From assembly GCF_020438995.1 (NCBI RefSeq), contig NZ_JAGQTN010000061.1, positions 7,222-71,221 of the forward strand: a stretch of DNA of 64,000 bases. Direction: 5' to 3'. The notes beneath the pieces are model-generated. The model had not been told where the DNA came from and ran no database searches. It saw only the letters and a list, made by a program, of their open reading frames with translations. Position 1 is the stretch's first letter. Each line of letters starts with the position of its first letter. Origin of the DNA: Gordonia sp. (in: high G+C Gram-positive bacteria). Its GTDB lineage: Bacteria > Actinomycetota > Actinomycetes > Mycobacteriales > Mycobacteriaceae. Position numbers and translations under genes: made by a program. Positions 52,360 to 63,288 of the stretch are shown here, piece after piece.

Positions 52360-52704
52360 ATGGCTGATCGAGTACTTCGCGGTAGCCGCCTCGGTGCGGT
52401 GAGCTACGAGACCGATCGCGACCACGACCTCGCGCCACGGCGGATCGTCCAGTATCGCACCGACAACGGTGAGATCTTCGACGTCCCGTTCGCCGACGAC
52501 GCGGAGGTTCCGTCCAAGTGGCCGTGCAAGAACGGCATGGAAGGCACGATCCTCGAAGGTGCCGAGCCCGACGAGAAGAAGGTCAAGCCGCCGCGCACAC
52601 ACTGGGACATGCTTCTCGAACGCCGTTCCGAAGAGGACCTGCAGGTGCTGCTCAACGAGCGTCTTGAGCTGCTCAAGCAGCGTCGGCGCGGTGTCGTGGG
52701 CTGA
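52360..52704 (+). CDS. rbpA: RNA polymerase-binding protein RbpA
   Basis: MADRVLRGSRLGAVSYETDR...PRTHWDMLLERRS. Confidence 0.97.
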   Translation: MADRVLRGSRLGAVSYETDRDHDLAPRRIVQYRTDNGEIFDVPFADDAEVPSKWPCKNGMEGTILEGAEPDEKKVKPPRTHWDMLLERRSEEDLQVLLNERLELLKQRRRGVVG

Positions 52705-52745
52705 GCGCGCCCGCGCACGTATTCATCACGACGAACTTCATCACG

Positions 52746-52791
52746 ACGAAGAATGCCCGGTTGCCTACAGAGGTCACCGGGCATTCTTCGT
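52746..52791. terminator. bidirectional terminator between rbpA and ppm1
   Basis: 16-bp perfect stem acgaagaatgcccggt / accgggcattcttcgt. Confidence 0.75.
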
Positions 52792-52808
52792 GGGAACGAC
52801 GGTCGGCG

Positions 52809-53618
52809 TCAGCGTCGCCGCAACTGTGCCAGGCGGCTCGCCACACCCCAGCGGGCCACCATCATGAATGCCTCGGTCATCACGCCGCCGTCCATCTTCG
52901 ACTCGCCCACCTCACGTTCGGTGAAGGTGATGGGTACCTCGCGGACGTCGAAACCGGCCTGCACCGTTCGCCAGGCGAGGTCGATCTGGAAGCAGTATCC
53001 GGCGGAGTCGACGGTGGCGAGGCTGATCTTGTCCAGAACCTCCCGACGATAGGCACGGAAACCCGCGGTGATGTCGTGGATGTGTGCGCCGAGTGCCAGC
53101 CGGGCGTAGGTGTTGGCGCCCCGGGACAGCCATTCGCGGCGCTTGGGCCAGTTCACCAGGCGTCCGCCTGGAACATATCGCGACCCGATGACCAGATCGG
53201 CACCGTCGTTGACGGCCGCGAGCAGGGAGCCGAGCTGCTCGGGGGCGTGTGAGCCGTCTGCGTCCATCTCGATGATCACTGTGTAGGTGCGCGCCAGCCC
53301 CCACGCGAACCCGGCGAGATAGGCCTTGCCCAGTCCGTCCTTGACCGTGCGGTGCAGCACATGCACGCGGCCGTCGGTGTCGCCGGCGGACAGTTGGTCG
53401 GCGAGTTCACCGGTTCCATCCGGGCTGGAGTCGTCGACGACCAGCACATGGATGCCGGGCAATGCCCCGTGCAGACGAGCGAGGATGCCGGGCAGGTTGT
53501 CGCGTTCGTTGTAGGTCGGGATGACCACCAGTGCGCGTGTGCCGTCAGCCGCAACGACCCCGGCCTGCCGGTCTGCTCCGGGACTGCTGCCGGTGGTGGC
53601 GCTATCTGGCGATTCCAT
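52809..53618 (-). CDS. ppm1: polyprenol monophosphomannose synthase
   Basis: [43 protein letters not shown]. Confidence 0.93.
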   Translation of the reverse strand: MESPDSATTGSSPGADRQAGVVAADGTRALVVIPTYNERDNLPGILARLHGALPGIHVLVVDDSSPDGTGELADQLSAGDTDGRVHVLHRTVKDGLGKAYLAGFAWGLARTYTVIIEMDADGSHAPEQLGSLLAAVNDGADLVIGSRYVPGGRLVNWPKRREWLSRGANTYARLALGAHIHDITAGFRAYRREVLDKISLATVDSAGYCFQIDLAWRTVQAGFDVREVPITFTEREVGESKMDGGVMTEAFMMVARWGVASRLAQLRRR

Positions 53619-55344
53619 CGATCTCCTCGGATGTGGTGTCCGCACTGTCCTCGCGGTCACTGGTGGTGCCCATCCGCCGGATAGGAAACCTTTGGGAGAA
53701 TCTAGTACGCCGCGTGATTGCAAACAAAAATGCTGCGATCGCGATCACTACCGCGGCGGTCTGCGGCAGACCGCCGAGCTGGGTCGCGATGGTCGTGTCC
53801 GAGCGCAACGCCAGGTGCGAGGTGAGAGTTGCCGGGGTGAAGAACCCGGACTTCGATTCGATCATGCCGTCTGCGCCGACGATCGCGCTGACCCCGCTCG
53901 TTGCCGCCACCACCACCGACCGGCCATGTTCGACCGCCCGCACCTGGGACATCGCCAGTTGCTGATAGGTCATGTTGGTGCGGCCGAAGGTGGCGTTGTT
54001 GGTGGGCACGAACAAGAACTCGGCACCGTCGCGGACCGCCTTGCGTGCCGAGCGGTCGAACGCGACCTCCCAGCAGGTGGAGATTCCGACGCGGACGGTT
54101 CGGCCACGGGCGTCGACATCGACGGCCCCGGGACCGGTTCCGGGACGGAAGTCTCCGGCCATGTCCGCGTACGAGGAGAAGAGCCGGAAGAAGCTGCGCC
54201 ACGGGAGGTATTCGCCAAACGGCTGGACGATGTGCTTGTCGTAGCGGGCGGTGGGGCCGCGGTGCGGATCCCAGACGAGCACAGAGTTGGTGGGGTGTCC
54301 GCCGTGGTCGTACAGGAGGGTGCCCAGCAGGATAGGCGCGTCGATGAGGACCGAGGTGTCTTCGATCGCCTGTGCTGCGTCGGTATTGATCTGTGGTGAG
54401 ATGTCCGAGGCGTTCTCGGGCCACAGCACCAGGTCGGGGGCCATCGCCCGCCCGGCCTGGACGTCGTCGGCCAGGCGTTTCGTTTCGGCGATGTGGTTGT
54501 CGAGCACGGCCCGGCGCTGGGCGTTGAAGTCGAGGCCGAGCCTGGGTACGTTTCCCTGGATCGCCGCGACATTGACGGTCGACGTCGAGACCGTGCGGTC
54601 GATGGTGTCGGGGGTGACCAGGATCGCGCTCACCGGTCCCACCAAGGTCAGAACCGCCGCGATCGCAGCCCACGTGACCGTGTCCGGGCGGCCGGCTTCC
54701 GGTTCCGGAACGATCTGGTCGCGAGTCTGTGCCCGGGTACGCAGGGAAGCCGCGATGATCACGACGAACCACGCCCCCGCGGCCCCGAACAGAGCCACCG
54801 CCCCGGACAGGCCCGGTGCGCCGAGGATCGAGGCCAGCGGCAGCAGCGGTCCGTCGACCTGGCTGAACGCGGTCCGGCCCCATGGGAACCCGCCGAAGGG
54901 GAACGACGATCGCACCGCTTCGACGAGGATCCACGCCAGGGTGAACCAGACCGGTGGCACCGGCAGTCGCATCGTGATCGTCGCGATCACTCCGAACAGT
55001 GCCAGGTAGCCGGCCATGACTGTGGCCAGCGCCAGCCACGGCAGTGGCCCCACGTACTCGCCGATCCACGGCAGCAGCGGAACGAAGAAGCCCAGGCCGA
55101 ACGTGAAACCGATCCAGGCGCCGGTACGGGCACGGGGTCTGCCCACCGACAGCAGCGCGAACAGCGCACCGAGTGCGAGCACCGACAGGTACCACGACGA
55201 CCGGGGTGGGAACGCCAGGTACATGCCGGCGCCGGCGACCACCGCGAGTGCGGTGCGGATCAGCCACAGTCTGCGATCAGCCGGCGACCACTGCCGCAGG
55301 CGTGTCAGCGGTCCGGGTCGCCCGGTGCCGTCGGGCCCGCTCAC
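53602..55344 (-). CDS. lnt: apolipoprotein N-acyltransferase
   Basis: [31 protein letters not shown]; separate from ppm1, overlapping it by 17 nt. Confidence 0.93.
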   Translation of the reverse strand: MSGPDGTGRPGPLTRLRQWSPADRRLWLIRTALAVVAGAGMYLAFPPRSSWYLSVLALGALFALLSVGRPRARTGAWIGFTFGLGFFVPLLPWIGEYVGPLPWLALATVMAGYLALFGVIATITMRLPVPPVWFTLAWILVEAVRSSFPFGGFPWGRTAFSQVDGPLLPLASILGAPGLSGAVALFGAAGAWFVVIIAASLRTRAQTRDQIVPEPEAGRPDTVTWAAIAAVLTLVGPVSAILVTPDTIDRTVSTSTVNVAAIQGNVPRLGLDFNAQRRAVLDNHIAETKRLADDVQAGRAMAPDLVLWPENASDISPQINTDAAQAIEDTSVLIDAPILLGTLLYDHGGHPTNSVLVWDPHRGPTARYDKHIVQPFGEYLPWRSFFRLFSSYADMAGDFRPGTGPGAVDVDARGRTVRVGISTCWEVAFDRSARKAVRDGAEFLFVPTNNATFGRTNMTYQQLAMSQVRAVEHGRSVVVAATSGVSAIVGADGMIESKSGFFTPATLTSHLALRSDTTIATQLGGLPQTAAVVIAIAAFLFAITRRTRFSQRFPIRRMGTTSDREDSADTTSEEIDGIAR

Positions 55345-56969
55345 CCGGCCGTCTCCGCCGAGTACACGCAGACGCCGTCGCGGAAGGTCTGTACGCACCG
55401 CGGCAGGTCGGCGGCCGGGGAGACGTCCGGGAGTGCGGGCACGCGGGCACGCGGGTCGGTCGACCAGCGCTGGACCCCCGCGTGGGAGCCGACGACCACC
55501 AGTTCGTCGGCCTCCCAGACGGCGAAGTGTGCGGGTGCGCCGGGGACGAGGGTGCCGGTGAGTCCGTCGTTGATCCCGCCGGCGCGCCAGCCGCCGCGGG
55601 TGGTCGCGGCGAACGCGGCGCGCGCTGAGATCGCGTTGCGGGGCTGATGGTGATGGACCGCGGCCCTGATCGTGGCCCATGGATCGATGCCGGTGACCGG
55701 GGCGTCCGAGGAGAACGACAATGCGACACCGGCCTTGGCCAGTGCGCCGAAGTCGTTGAGTCCGGCCGCCCGATCAGCCCCGAGACGCTGTTCGTACAGT
55801 TCGCCGGACCCTCCCCAGGCGGCGTCGAACTGCGGCTGCATGCTGGCGATCACGCCGCAGCGCGCGAGGATGTCGGTGTCGCGGGCCGAGATCATCTCGG
55901 CGTGTTCGAGCCGGTGGGCGCACCGGGCCAGTGCCGGGGTGCCCAGTTCGTCGGCGACCTCGCCGAACGCGGCGGCCACCGAAGCGGCGGCGGCGTCGCC
56001 GATGACGTGGAAACCGGCCTGGATCCCGGCGGTCGTGCAGGCGACGATGTGTCGGCGGATGATGTCGTGGTCGAGGTAGGTGATCCCGGTCCGCTCCGGC
56101 GCGTCGGCGTAGGGCTGCGACAGCCAGGCGGTGTGCGACCCCAGCGACCCGTCGACGAACAGGTCACCACCGAGGGCGTCGGCACGCAGCTCCCGCATCA
56201 GTGTGTGTGCCTCGTCGGGGTCGGCGGCGGCCTGCCCCCAGTAGCGCCGGACCGATATCGGATGGTCGAGGTCGGCGATCGCCAGGAAGTCGGCTCTGCC
56301 GCTGATGTCGGGGCCGCCGTTCTCGTGTACGGCCACCACCCCGACGGACGCCGCGTGATCGAGGGCCCGGATTTGGGCTCGTCGCCGCTGGTCATCGTTC
56401 AGCAGCGCCCGCGCCGCGCCGCGCAGCAGGTGGTGCGCGTCGGCGACCAGGGGTTCGGCGGGATGAAAACCGGTCGCATCGGCCAGCCCGGGCAAGCGCC
56501 TACGCAAGGCGGTGGACGCGACGGCCGAATGCTCGTCGATACGGGACAGGTAGACGGGACGCTCGCCCACGATCGCGTCGATCTCGGCGGTGGTGGGGAA
56601 TCGTCCCTCGCCGGCGACTGCGGTGTCCCAGGCCGAGTCGTCCCAGCCGGTCCCCCAGAGCAGCGCGCCGGGCGCCGCCACGGCGTGGGCCGCAGCGAGC
56701 AGTGCCAGGCAGTCGCTGCGGCTCGTCGCCGACGACAGGGTCAGCCCGCCGAGCGCGAGGCCGGTGGAGGTGAGGTGGACGTGCGAATCGACGAACGCCG
56801 GGGCCACGAATCTACCGTCGAGGTCGACGATGCGCGCGCCCGGATGTAGGGCATGCCCGACGTCGTCGCTGCCCACCCACACGACGATGCCGTCGGTGAC
56901 GGCCAGTGCCGTCGCGTCGGGTGCGGCAGGTGAGTACACCGCACCGCCCACATACAGATCAGTAGCCAC
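55341..56969 (-). CDS. amidohydrolase family 3 (YtcJ-like)
   Basis: FVDSHVH, FVDGSLGS, FHVIGD, RLEHAE, SSDAPV. Confidence 0.9.
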   Translation of the reverse strand: MATDLYVGGAVYSPAAPDATALAVTDGIVVWVGSDDVGHALHPGARIVDLDGRFVAPAFVDSHVHLTSTGLALGGLTLSSATSRSDCLALLAAAHAVAAPGALLWGTGWDDSAWDTAVAGEGRFPTTAEIDAIVGERPVYLSRIDEHSAVASTALRRRLPGLADATGFHPAEPLVADAHHLLRGAARALLNDDQRRRAQIRALDHAASVGVVAVHENGGPDISGRADFLAIADLDHPISVRRYWGQAAADPDEAHTLMRELRADALGGDLFVDGSLGSHTAWLSQPYADAPERTGITYLDHDIIRRHIVACTTAGIQAGFHVIGDAAAASVAAAFGEVADELGTPALARCAHRLEHAEMISARDTDILARCGVIASMQPQFDAAWGGSGELYEQRLGADRAAGLNDFGALAKAGVALSFSSDAPVTGIDPWATIRAAVHHHQPRNAISARAAFAATTRGGWRAGGINDGLTGTLVPGAPAHFAVWEADELVVVGSHAGVQRWSTDPRARVPALPDVSPAADLPRCVQTFRDGVCVYSAETAG

Positions 56970-57004
56970 GATCGTCCAGTGTGCCTGACGTCTACCGGCC
57001 CGGG

Positions 57005-57532
57005 CTATTTCGCCTGTGGCAGACTCCGCATGCTGCTTTGATAGTGGTCCGGGGTGGCGACCGGGTCGGTGTAGACGACGTCGCCGTCGAGGATGTCTCC
57101 GTCGATGACGTCGCCGGGGCGTACGCGGTCGTCGGTGAACAGGCTCACCGAGTACAGGCCGATGCGGTCCATCGACGCGTTGAAGCGGCGGGTGCCGTAG
57201 GCGGTGACCGTCGGCCGGGCCAGCTTGCGCACCGGTGGGGCCAGCAGGCCCATCCCGGCCACCGTCGAGACGACTCCGGGAAGCAGGAGCAGGGTCGCGG
57301 CCAGTGCGGTCAGTCCGGTGTCGGCCATCGCGGGCACCGGGTCGATCTCGTTGCGTGATGCGCGCCGCAGGTCGGCGGCCAGTTTCCGGGTGTGGCGACG
57401 CAACACGATCAGGCCGACGGTGAACACCGCCAGTCCGGCGAGCACAGCCCAGCCGAATCCGAGCAGGTGGATGGCCAGGGCGAAGGCGCCGATCTCCACT
57501 GCCCCGTAACCGAGAACTATCGCAAGGCGCAT
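57005..57532 (-). CDS. fxsA: FxsA family membrane protein
   Basis: EIGAF...LLLLPGVVS...LLAPPVR; start MRLAIVLG at 57532. Confidence 0.85.
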   Translation of the reverse strand: MRLAIVLGYGAVEIGAFALAIHLLGFGWAVLAGLAVFTVGLIVLRRHTRKLAADLRRASRNEIDPVPAMADTGLTALAATLLLLPGVVSTVAGMGLLAPPVRKLARPTVTAYGTRRFNASMDRIGLYSVSLFTDDRVRPGDVIDGDILDGDVVYTDPVATPDHYQSSMRSLPQAK

Positions 57533-57665
57533 GAGAATGACACCTGACCTCTCCGTTGGGTGCTGTTCGGTCGTTCCGGATGCACCCGTCGAGATGTTCA
57601 ACGTACGAGTGTCCGGATTTTCTCCCGGGACTGCTGTGAACCCGCTGTGCGCGGTTCGCGGAGTG

Positions 57666-60600
57666 TCAGCCGTCCGCGTCGCGACCTTCGATATCGCCTT
57701 CGGCCTCGACGTAGATGCGGCGCAGTTCGGCGAGCAACTCGGCGGGCGGTTCGTGCCACATTTGTCGCTGCGCCGCCTCCAGCAGACGTTCGGCGATTCC
57801 GTGCAGCGCCCACGGGTTGGATTGGCGCATGAACTCCTGATTGGTCTCATCGAGCACGTAAGACTCGGTGAGCTTTTCGTACATCCAGTCGGCGACCACA
57901 TCGGTGGTGGCGTCGTAGCCGAACAGGTAGTCGACGGTGGCGGCCATCTCGAAGGCGCCCTTGTAGCCGTGGCGCTGCATCGCCGAGATCCAGCGCGGGT
58001 TGACCACGCGGGCGCGGAACACGCGGCTGGTCTCCTCCGACAGGGTGCGGGTGCGCACTGCATCGGGTCGGGTGGAGTCACCGATGTAGGCCTCGGGGTC
58101 CTTACCGGTGAGGGCGCGGACGGTGGCGACCATGCCACCGTGGTACTGGAAGTAGTCGTCGGAGTCGGCGATGTCGTGTTCGCGGGTGTCGGTGTTCTTG
58201 GCGGCCACCGCGATCCGTCGGTACGCGGCGCGCATGTCGTCGACCGCCGGCACACCGGCCAGGTCGCGGCCGTAGGCGTAGCCGCCCCACTCGGTGTAGA
58301 CGCGGGCCAGGTCCTCGTCGCTGCGCCACTCGCGGGAGTCGATGAGCTGCAGCAGACCCGCACCGTACGTGCCGGGTTTGGACCCGAACACCCGCGTCGA
58401 GGCCCTGCGCCGGTCCCCGTGTTCGGCCAGTGACGCGCGCACATGGGCGGCGACGAAGTTCTGCTCGTCGGGTTCGTCGGCGTCGGCGGCGAGGGCGACG
58501 GCGTCATCGAGCATGGTGACCACGTGCGGGAAGGCGTCGCGGAAGAAGCCGGAGATACGGACGGTGACGTCGATGCGCGGCCGGCCCAGTTCTTCGAGGC
58601 CGATCAGTTCCAGGCTCGATACGCGCCTCGACATCTCATCCCACACGGGCATTACGCCGAGCAGGGCCAGGACTTCGGCGATGTCGTCGCCGGAGGTGCG
58701 CATGGCACTGGTCCCCCACACCGACAGACCGACCGAGCGGGGATATTCACCGTGATCGGCCAGGTAGCGTTCGAGCAGCGAGTCGGCCATCGCCCGGCCC
58801 GTCTCCCATGCCAGCCGTGACGGCACCGCCTTGGGGTCGACGGAGTAGAAGTTGCGGCCGGTCGGCAGGACGTTGATCAGGCCGCGCAGCGGCGAGCCGC
58901 TGGGCCCGGCCGGGATGAAACCGCCGTCGAGGGCGTGCAGCACCCGGTCGATCTCGACGGAGGTCTGCCGCAGCCTGGGCACCACCTCGGTGGCGGCGAA
59001 GGTGAGGATGTCGGCGACGGCCTGCGGGTGGCCCTGGGCTGCGGTGGCCACCGATTCGGCCGACCAGTCCCCTTTCGCGCAGGTGGTGACCAGGCCGCGG
59101 GCGATGGTCTCGAACTCATCGACCTCGGTGCGTGCGGCGGTGCCGTCCTCGGTAAGTCCGAGTGCTTCGCGCAGACCGGGCAGCGCCGACGTTCCGCCCC
59201 ACAATTGGCGCGCCCGCAGCATCGCCAGGACCAGGTCGGTTTCGGTATCGGCGTCGGGGGCCTGTCCGAGGACGTGCAGGCCGTCGCGGATCTGCACGTC
59301 CTTGATCTCGCACAGCCAGCCGTCCACGTGCAGCAGCATGTCGTCGAATACGTCCTCGTCGGGGCGTTCTGCCAGGCCCAGGTCGTGGTCCATCTTGGCC
59401 GCGGTGAGCAGTGTCCAGATCTGCTGGCGGATCGCGGGCAGTTTCGACGGGTCGAGCGTCGAGACGTTGGAGTGCTCGTCCAGGAGCTGTTCGAGTCGGG
59501 CGATGTCGCCGTAGGATTCGGCGCGCGCCATCGGCGGGATGAGGTGGTCAACGAGCACGGCGTGGGCGCGACGTTTGGCCTGCGTGCCCTCACCCGGATC
59601 GTTGACCAGGAACGGGTAGATCAGCGGCAGGTCGCCGAGCGCGGCGTCGGTGCCGCAACCCGACGACATACCGAGGGTCTTGCCGGGCAGCCATTCGAGG
59701 TTGCCGTGTTTGCCCACGTGCACGACGGCGTCGGCCCCGAAACCATTGTCGCCGTAGCCGGTTCCGTTGAATCCGGCGACCCAGCGGTAGGCGGCCAGGT
59801 AGTGATGCGAGGGCGGCAGATCGGGGTCGTGGTAGATGGCGACCGGGTTCTCACCGAAGCCGCGCGGCGGCTGCACCAGGATCGCGATGTTCCCGAAAGT
59901 CATTGCCGCGATGACGATATCGCCGTCGGGGTTGGCGGACCGGTCGACGAACAACTCCCCCGGTGCCGGACCCCAATGCTTTTCGACCCCCTCGCGCAGG
60001 TCGTCGGGCAGCGTGGCGAACCACGTGCGGTAGTCGGCGGCCGAGACCCGAATGGGGTTGGCGGCCAATGTTTCCTCGGTCAGCCAATCGGAATCCTGTC
60101 CGCCCTTGGCGATGATCGCGTGGATGAGCGCATCCGAATCGTCTTCTGCCAGACCGGGAATCTCCCCGTCGTCGCCGATGTCGTAGCCGGCCTCGCCCAG
60201 CGCCGCTAGCAGCCGTAGCAGGCTGCGCGGGGTGTCCAGGCCCACGGCGTTGCCGATGCGGGCGTGTTTGGTGGGGTATGCCGACAGCATGATCGCGACC
60301 TTGCGGTCGGCGGGCGCGGTCTTGCGCAGCCGGGCGTGGGAGACGGCGATGCCGGCGACGCGGGCGCAGCGTTCGTGGTCGGGCTGGTACCAGGGCAGGC
60401 CGTTCTCGTCGAACTCCTTGAACGAGAACGGGACCGTGATGATCCGGCCGTCGAATTCGGGGACCGCGACCTGGGTGGCCACATCCAGCGGCGACAGACC
60501 GTCGTCGTTGGCGGCCCAGTCGTCCCGCGAACCCGTCAGGCACAGGCCCTGCAGGATCGGGATGTCGAGGGCGGCCAGGCGTTCGATGTTCCAGGCCTCG

Positions 60601-61289
60601 TCGTCCCCACCGGCCGATGCGGCGGCCGGGGTGGATCCGCCCGCCGCGAGGACGGTGACGACGAGCGCGTCGGTGGTGCCGAGCAGGTCGATGAGTTCGT
60701 CGGGTGCGGTGCGCAGCGACGCGCAGAAGATGGGCAGCGCGCGTGCCCCTTTGGCCTCGACGGCGGCGCACAGGGCGTCGACGTAGCGGGTGTTGCCGGC
60801 CAAGTGTTGGGCCCGGTAATACAGGACGCCGATGGTGGGCGCGCCGTCGGGAACCTCGGCGACGGTGCGTTCGAGCACGCCCCAGCCGGGTGTCTGCTGC
60901 GGTGGCTCGAACCCGTGTCCGGTGAGCAGCACCGTGTCGGACAGGAAGTGGTGCAGGTTCGTGAGGTTCTCGACGCCGCCGGCGGCGAGATAGTTGTGCG
61001 CTTCGGCCGCCACACCGGCCGGTACCGTCGACACCGCCATCAGGTCCGGGTCGGGCTGCTGCTCGCCCGAGAGCACCACCAGCGGCTTGCCGAGCGCCGT
61101 CGCCGCGGCCAGGCCGTCCTCCCAGGCGCGAACGCCACCGAGGATGCGGATCACCACCAGATCGGCACCGTCGGCAAGTTCGGCGACATCATCGACGAGA
61201 ATCCGGGCGGGATTGGCCACCCGGAAGCCGGCCCCGGACGCCGAGGCGGTGATGAGGTCGGTGTCGGAGGTCGACAGCAGCAGAATCAT
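57666..61289 (-). CDS. cobN: cobaltochelatase subunit CobN
   Basis: MILLLSTSDTDL, HVGKHGNLEWLPGK, LPTGRNFY, YFQYHGG. Confidence 0.97.
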   Translation of the reverse strand: MILLLSTSDTDLITASASGAGFRVANPARILVDDVAELADGADLVVIRILGGVRAWEDGLAAATALGKPLVVLSGEQQPDPDLMAVSTVPAGVAAEAHNYLAAGGVENLTNLHHFLSDTVLLTGHGFEPPQQTPGWGVLERTVAEVPDGAPTIGVLYYRAQHLAGNTRYVDALCAAVEAKGARALPIFCASLRTAPDELIDLLGTTDALVVTVLAAGGSTPAAASAGGDDEAWNIERLAALDIPILQGLCLTGSRDDWAANDDGLSPLDVATQVAVPEFDGRIITVPFSFKEFDENGLPWYQPDHERCARVAGIAVSHARLRKTAPADRKVAIMLSAYPTKHARIGNAVGLDTPRSLLRLLAALGEAGYDIGDDGEIPGLAEDDSDALIHAIIAKGGQDSDWLTEETLAANPIRVSAADYRTWFATLPDDLREGVEKHWGPAPGELFVDRSANPDGDIVIAAMTFGNIAILVQPPRGFGENPVAIYHDPDLPPSHHYLAAYRWVAGFNGTGYGDNGFGADAVVHVGKHGNLEWLPGKTLGMSSGCGTDAALGDLPLIYPFLVNDPGEGTQAKRRAHAVLVDHLIPPMARAESYGDIARLEQLLDEHSNVSTLDPSKLPAIRQQIWTLLTAAKMDHDLGLAERPDEDVFDDMLLHVDGWLCEIKDVQIRDGLHVLGQAPDADTETDLVLAMLRARQLWGGTSALPGLREALGLTEDGTAARTEVDEFETIARGLVTTCAKGDWSAESVATAAQGHPQAVADILTFAATEVVPRLRQTSVEIDRVLHALDGGFIPAGPSGSPLRGLINVLPTGRNFYSVDPKAVPSRLAWETGRAMADSLLERYLADHGEYPRSVGLSVWGTSAMRTSGDDIAEVLALLGVMPVWDEMSRRVSSLELIGLEELGRPRIDVTVRISGFFRDAFPHVVTMLDDAVALAADADEPDEQNFVAAHVRASLAEHGDRRRASTRVFGSKPGTYGAGLLQLIDSREWRSDEDLARVYTEWGGYAYGRDLAGVPAVDDMRAAYRRIAVAAKNTDTREHDIADSDDYFQYHGGMVATVRALTGKDPEAYIGDSTRPDAVRTRTLSEETSRVFRARVVNPRWISAMQRHGYKGAFEMAATVDYLFGYDATTDVVADWMYEKLTESYVLDETNQEFMRQSNPWALHGIAERLLEAAQRQMWHEPPAELLAELRRIYVEAEGDIEGRDADG

Positions 61290-61339
61290 GGCTCTCCTCA
61301 CCGGGAAGCGCGCCCGGGATAGTCGGTCGTGGCAAGGCG

Positions 61340-61432
61340 AGCGGCAGGTCTGACTTCGGTGCCCCGAGCCGGGCACACCGTTACAGTGACGCGACCGTGC
61401 CGGATTCACACCGGCTTCCGCTACTCGCACGT
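61340..61432 (-). ncRNA. cobalamin riboswitch upstream of cobN
   Basis: Minus strand reads ggaagccggtgtgaatccggcacggtcgcgtcactgtaa...gaagtcagacctgccg, matching the B12-box consensus elements. Confidence 0.88.
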
Positions 61433-61480
61433 CACAGCCTAGCCATCGGTGTGCGGTCGTAGCGGGCCTACCCTGGGTGG

Positions 61481-62629
61481 GTGACCGACTCCCATCGCGA
61501 CCGCACCGACCGCTGCCCCGGCGTGTTCACCACCCATGCTGCGGCCGACGGTGCGCTGGCCCGGATCCGGCTGCCCGGCGGGTCGATCACCGCACCGCAA
61601 CTGGAGGCACTCGCCGAGGGGACAGCCGAGTACGGCGACGGATTTCTGGAGATCACCGCCCGCGGCAACCTCCAGATCCGCGGCATCGGCGACACCGATG
61701 CTCTCGGCGCGCTGATCGTCGACGCGGGGCTCGCGCCGACGTCGACCCATGATCGGGCCCGCAACATCGAGGTCTCTTCGCTCACCGGACGTATCGGCGG
61801 TGCGGCCGACCTGCGGCCGGTGGTGGCCGAGCTCGACGACCTGCTGCGCGCCGACGAGGTGTTCGCCAGGTTGTCGGGGCGGTTCCTGTTCGGTCTCGAC
61901 GACGGCCGGGGCGACGTCCTTGCCCGACACCCCGACGTCACGGCTGTTGCCCGCACCGGATCGGTCGCGGACGTGCTACTCGGCGAGCTCACGCTCGGTT
62001 CGGTACCCGTTGACGCGCTGGCCTCCGAGATGACCGCGGTCGCGCGTGACATGGTGCAGGTCGCACCCTCCGCGTGGCGGGTAGGCGACCTGACCGGTAC
62101 CGAGCACGCGGCGATCGTGACGGCCGCGTCCGCCAGGCTTGACGCGGCCGTCGGCGAACCCGGAACGCCTCTCGCAGCGTCGCCGTCACCGATCGTCGGC
62201 TGGTTTGACCAGGACGACGGCGCGGTGCTGCTCGGCGGTGTGGTGGAACTGGCCCGGCTGCCGGCCCGCCTGGCGCAGTTCCTCGCGGCCGTCGGCAAGC
62301 CGATCATCTTTACCCCGGAACGCGAGATCCTCCTGTGCGACCTCGACGAGGCAGTCGCCGAGACCGTGGTTCGGGTGCTGGCGCCGATGGGCCTGATCTT
62401 CGATGCGGCGTCGCCGTGGACATCGGTAAGCTGCTGCGTGGGTGCCCCCGGCTGCGGGCGGGCGCATGCGGCGGTCCGTGAGGATCTGGTGCTACGGGTC
62501 AAGCAGGACCCGGTCGATGAGCGTGAACATTGGTCGGGCTGCGAACGCGGTTGCGGCGCACCCACCGACGCGCACCTGCGGGTGGAGGCCACGCCCGACG
62601 GGTATCGGCGCACCCACGCCCACGGGTGA
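61481..62629 (+). CDS. cobG: precorrin-3B synthase
   Basis: DRCPG...AADGALARIRLPGG, TARGNLQIRG, CCVGAPGC, HWSGCERGCG. Confidence 0.9.
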   Translation: MTDSHRDRTDRCPGVFTTHAAADGALARIRLPGGSITAPQLEALAEGTAEYGDGFLEITARGNLQIRGIGDTDALGALIVDAGLAPTSTHDRARNIEVSSLTGRIGGAADLRPVVAELDDLLRADEVFARLSGRFLFGLDDGRGDVLARHPDVTAVARTGSVADVLLGELTLGSVPVDALASEMTAVARDMVQVAPSAWRVGDLTGTEHAAIVTAASARLDAAVGEPGTPLAASPSPIVGWFDQDDGAVLLGGVVELARLPARLAQFLAAVGKPIIFTPEREILLCDLDEAVAETVVRVLAPMGLIFDAASPWTSVSCCVGAPGCGRAHAAVREDLVLRVKQDPVDEREHWSGCERGCGAPTDAHLRVEATPDGYRRTHAHG

Positions 62630-62658
62630 ACGCACGCGCATTTACGCTGAGGGGCACC

Positions 62659-63285
62659 ATGAGTGACTACCTGCGCGACGGTGCCGCCATCTACCGTCAG
62701 TCCTTCGCCATCATCCGCTCCGAGGCCAACCTGTCGGCTTTTCCTCCCGATGTCGCGAACGTGGTGGTGCGGATGATCCACGGCTGCGGCCAGGTCGATC
62801 TGGCCGACGACGTGGTGGCCACCCCGGGTGTCGTCGCGGCGGCGCGGGCCGCACTGGAAGCCGGTGCCCCGATTCTGTGCGATGCGAACATGGTCGCCTC
62901 CGGTGTCACCCGGCGACGGCTGCCCGTGGACAACGACGTCTTATGCTTTCTTGGTGAGCCCGGTCTGGCGGAACTGGCTCAACGCCTGAATACCACCAGA
63001 ACTGCTGCGGCGCTGGAGTATTGGAAACCACTGCTGGCCGGATCGGTGGTGGCGATCGGCAACGCACCCACCGCCCTGTTCGCTTTACTGGACCTGATCG
63101 ACGCCGGAGCCGACAAGCCTGCCGCGATCGTCGGCGCCCCGGTCGGGTTCGTCGGTGCGGCCGAATCGTGTGAGGCTCTCGCCGCCCGCACTGATCTGGA
63201 GTTCCTCACTGTGCGTGGACGGCGTGGTGGTTCGGCGATCGTCGCCTCCGCGCTCAACGCCCTGGCCTCCACATCGGAGGTATGA
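62659..63285 (+). CDS. cobH: precorrin-8X methylmutase
   Basis: IYRQSFAII, VRMIHGCG, IGNAPTALF, RRGGSA. Confidence 0.95.
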   Translation: MSDYLRDGAAIYRQSFAIIRSEANLSAFPPDVANVVVRMIHGCGQVDLADDVVATPGVVAAARAALEAGAPILCDANMVASGVTRRRLPVDNDVLCFLGEPGLAELAQRLNTTRTAAALEYWKPLLAGSVVAIGNAPTALFALLDLIDAGADKPAAIVGAPVGFVGAAESCEALAARTDLEFLTVRGRRGGSAIVASALNALASTSEV

Positions 63286-63288
63286 GCG

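Noticed and set aside
52722-52750. 14-bp direct repeat ttcatcacgacgaa after rbpA
   Set aside because: A short local duplication overlapping the terminator arm; no evidence of function.
52809-55344. Split lnt and ppm1 as a novelty
   Set aside because: Separate genes are the known state in several Mycobacteriales; the fusion is the M. tuberculosis arrangement.
57533-58507. 500-aa ORF 57005-58507
   Set aside because: The N-terminal part overlaps cobN on the same strand in another frame; only the last 175 aa (fxsA) look real.
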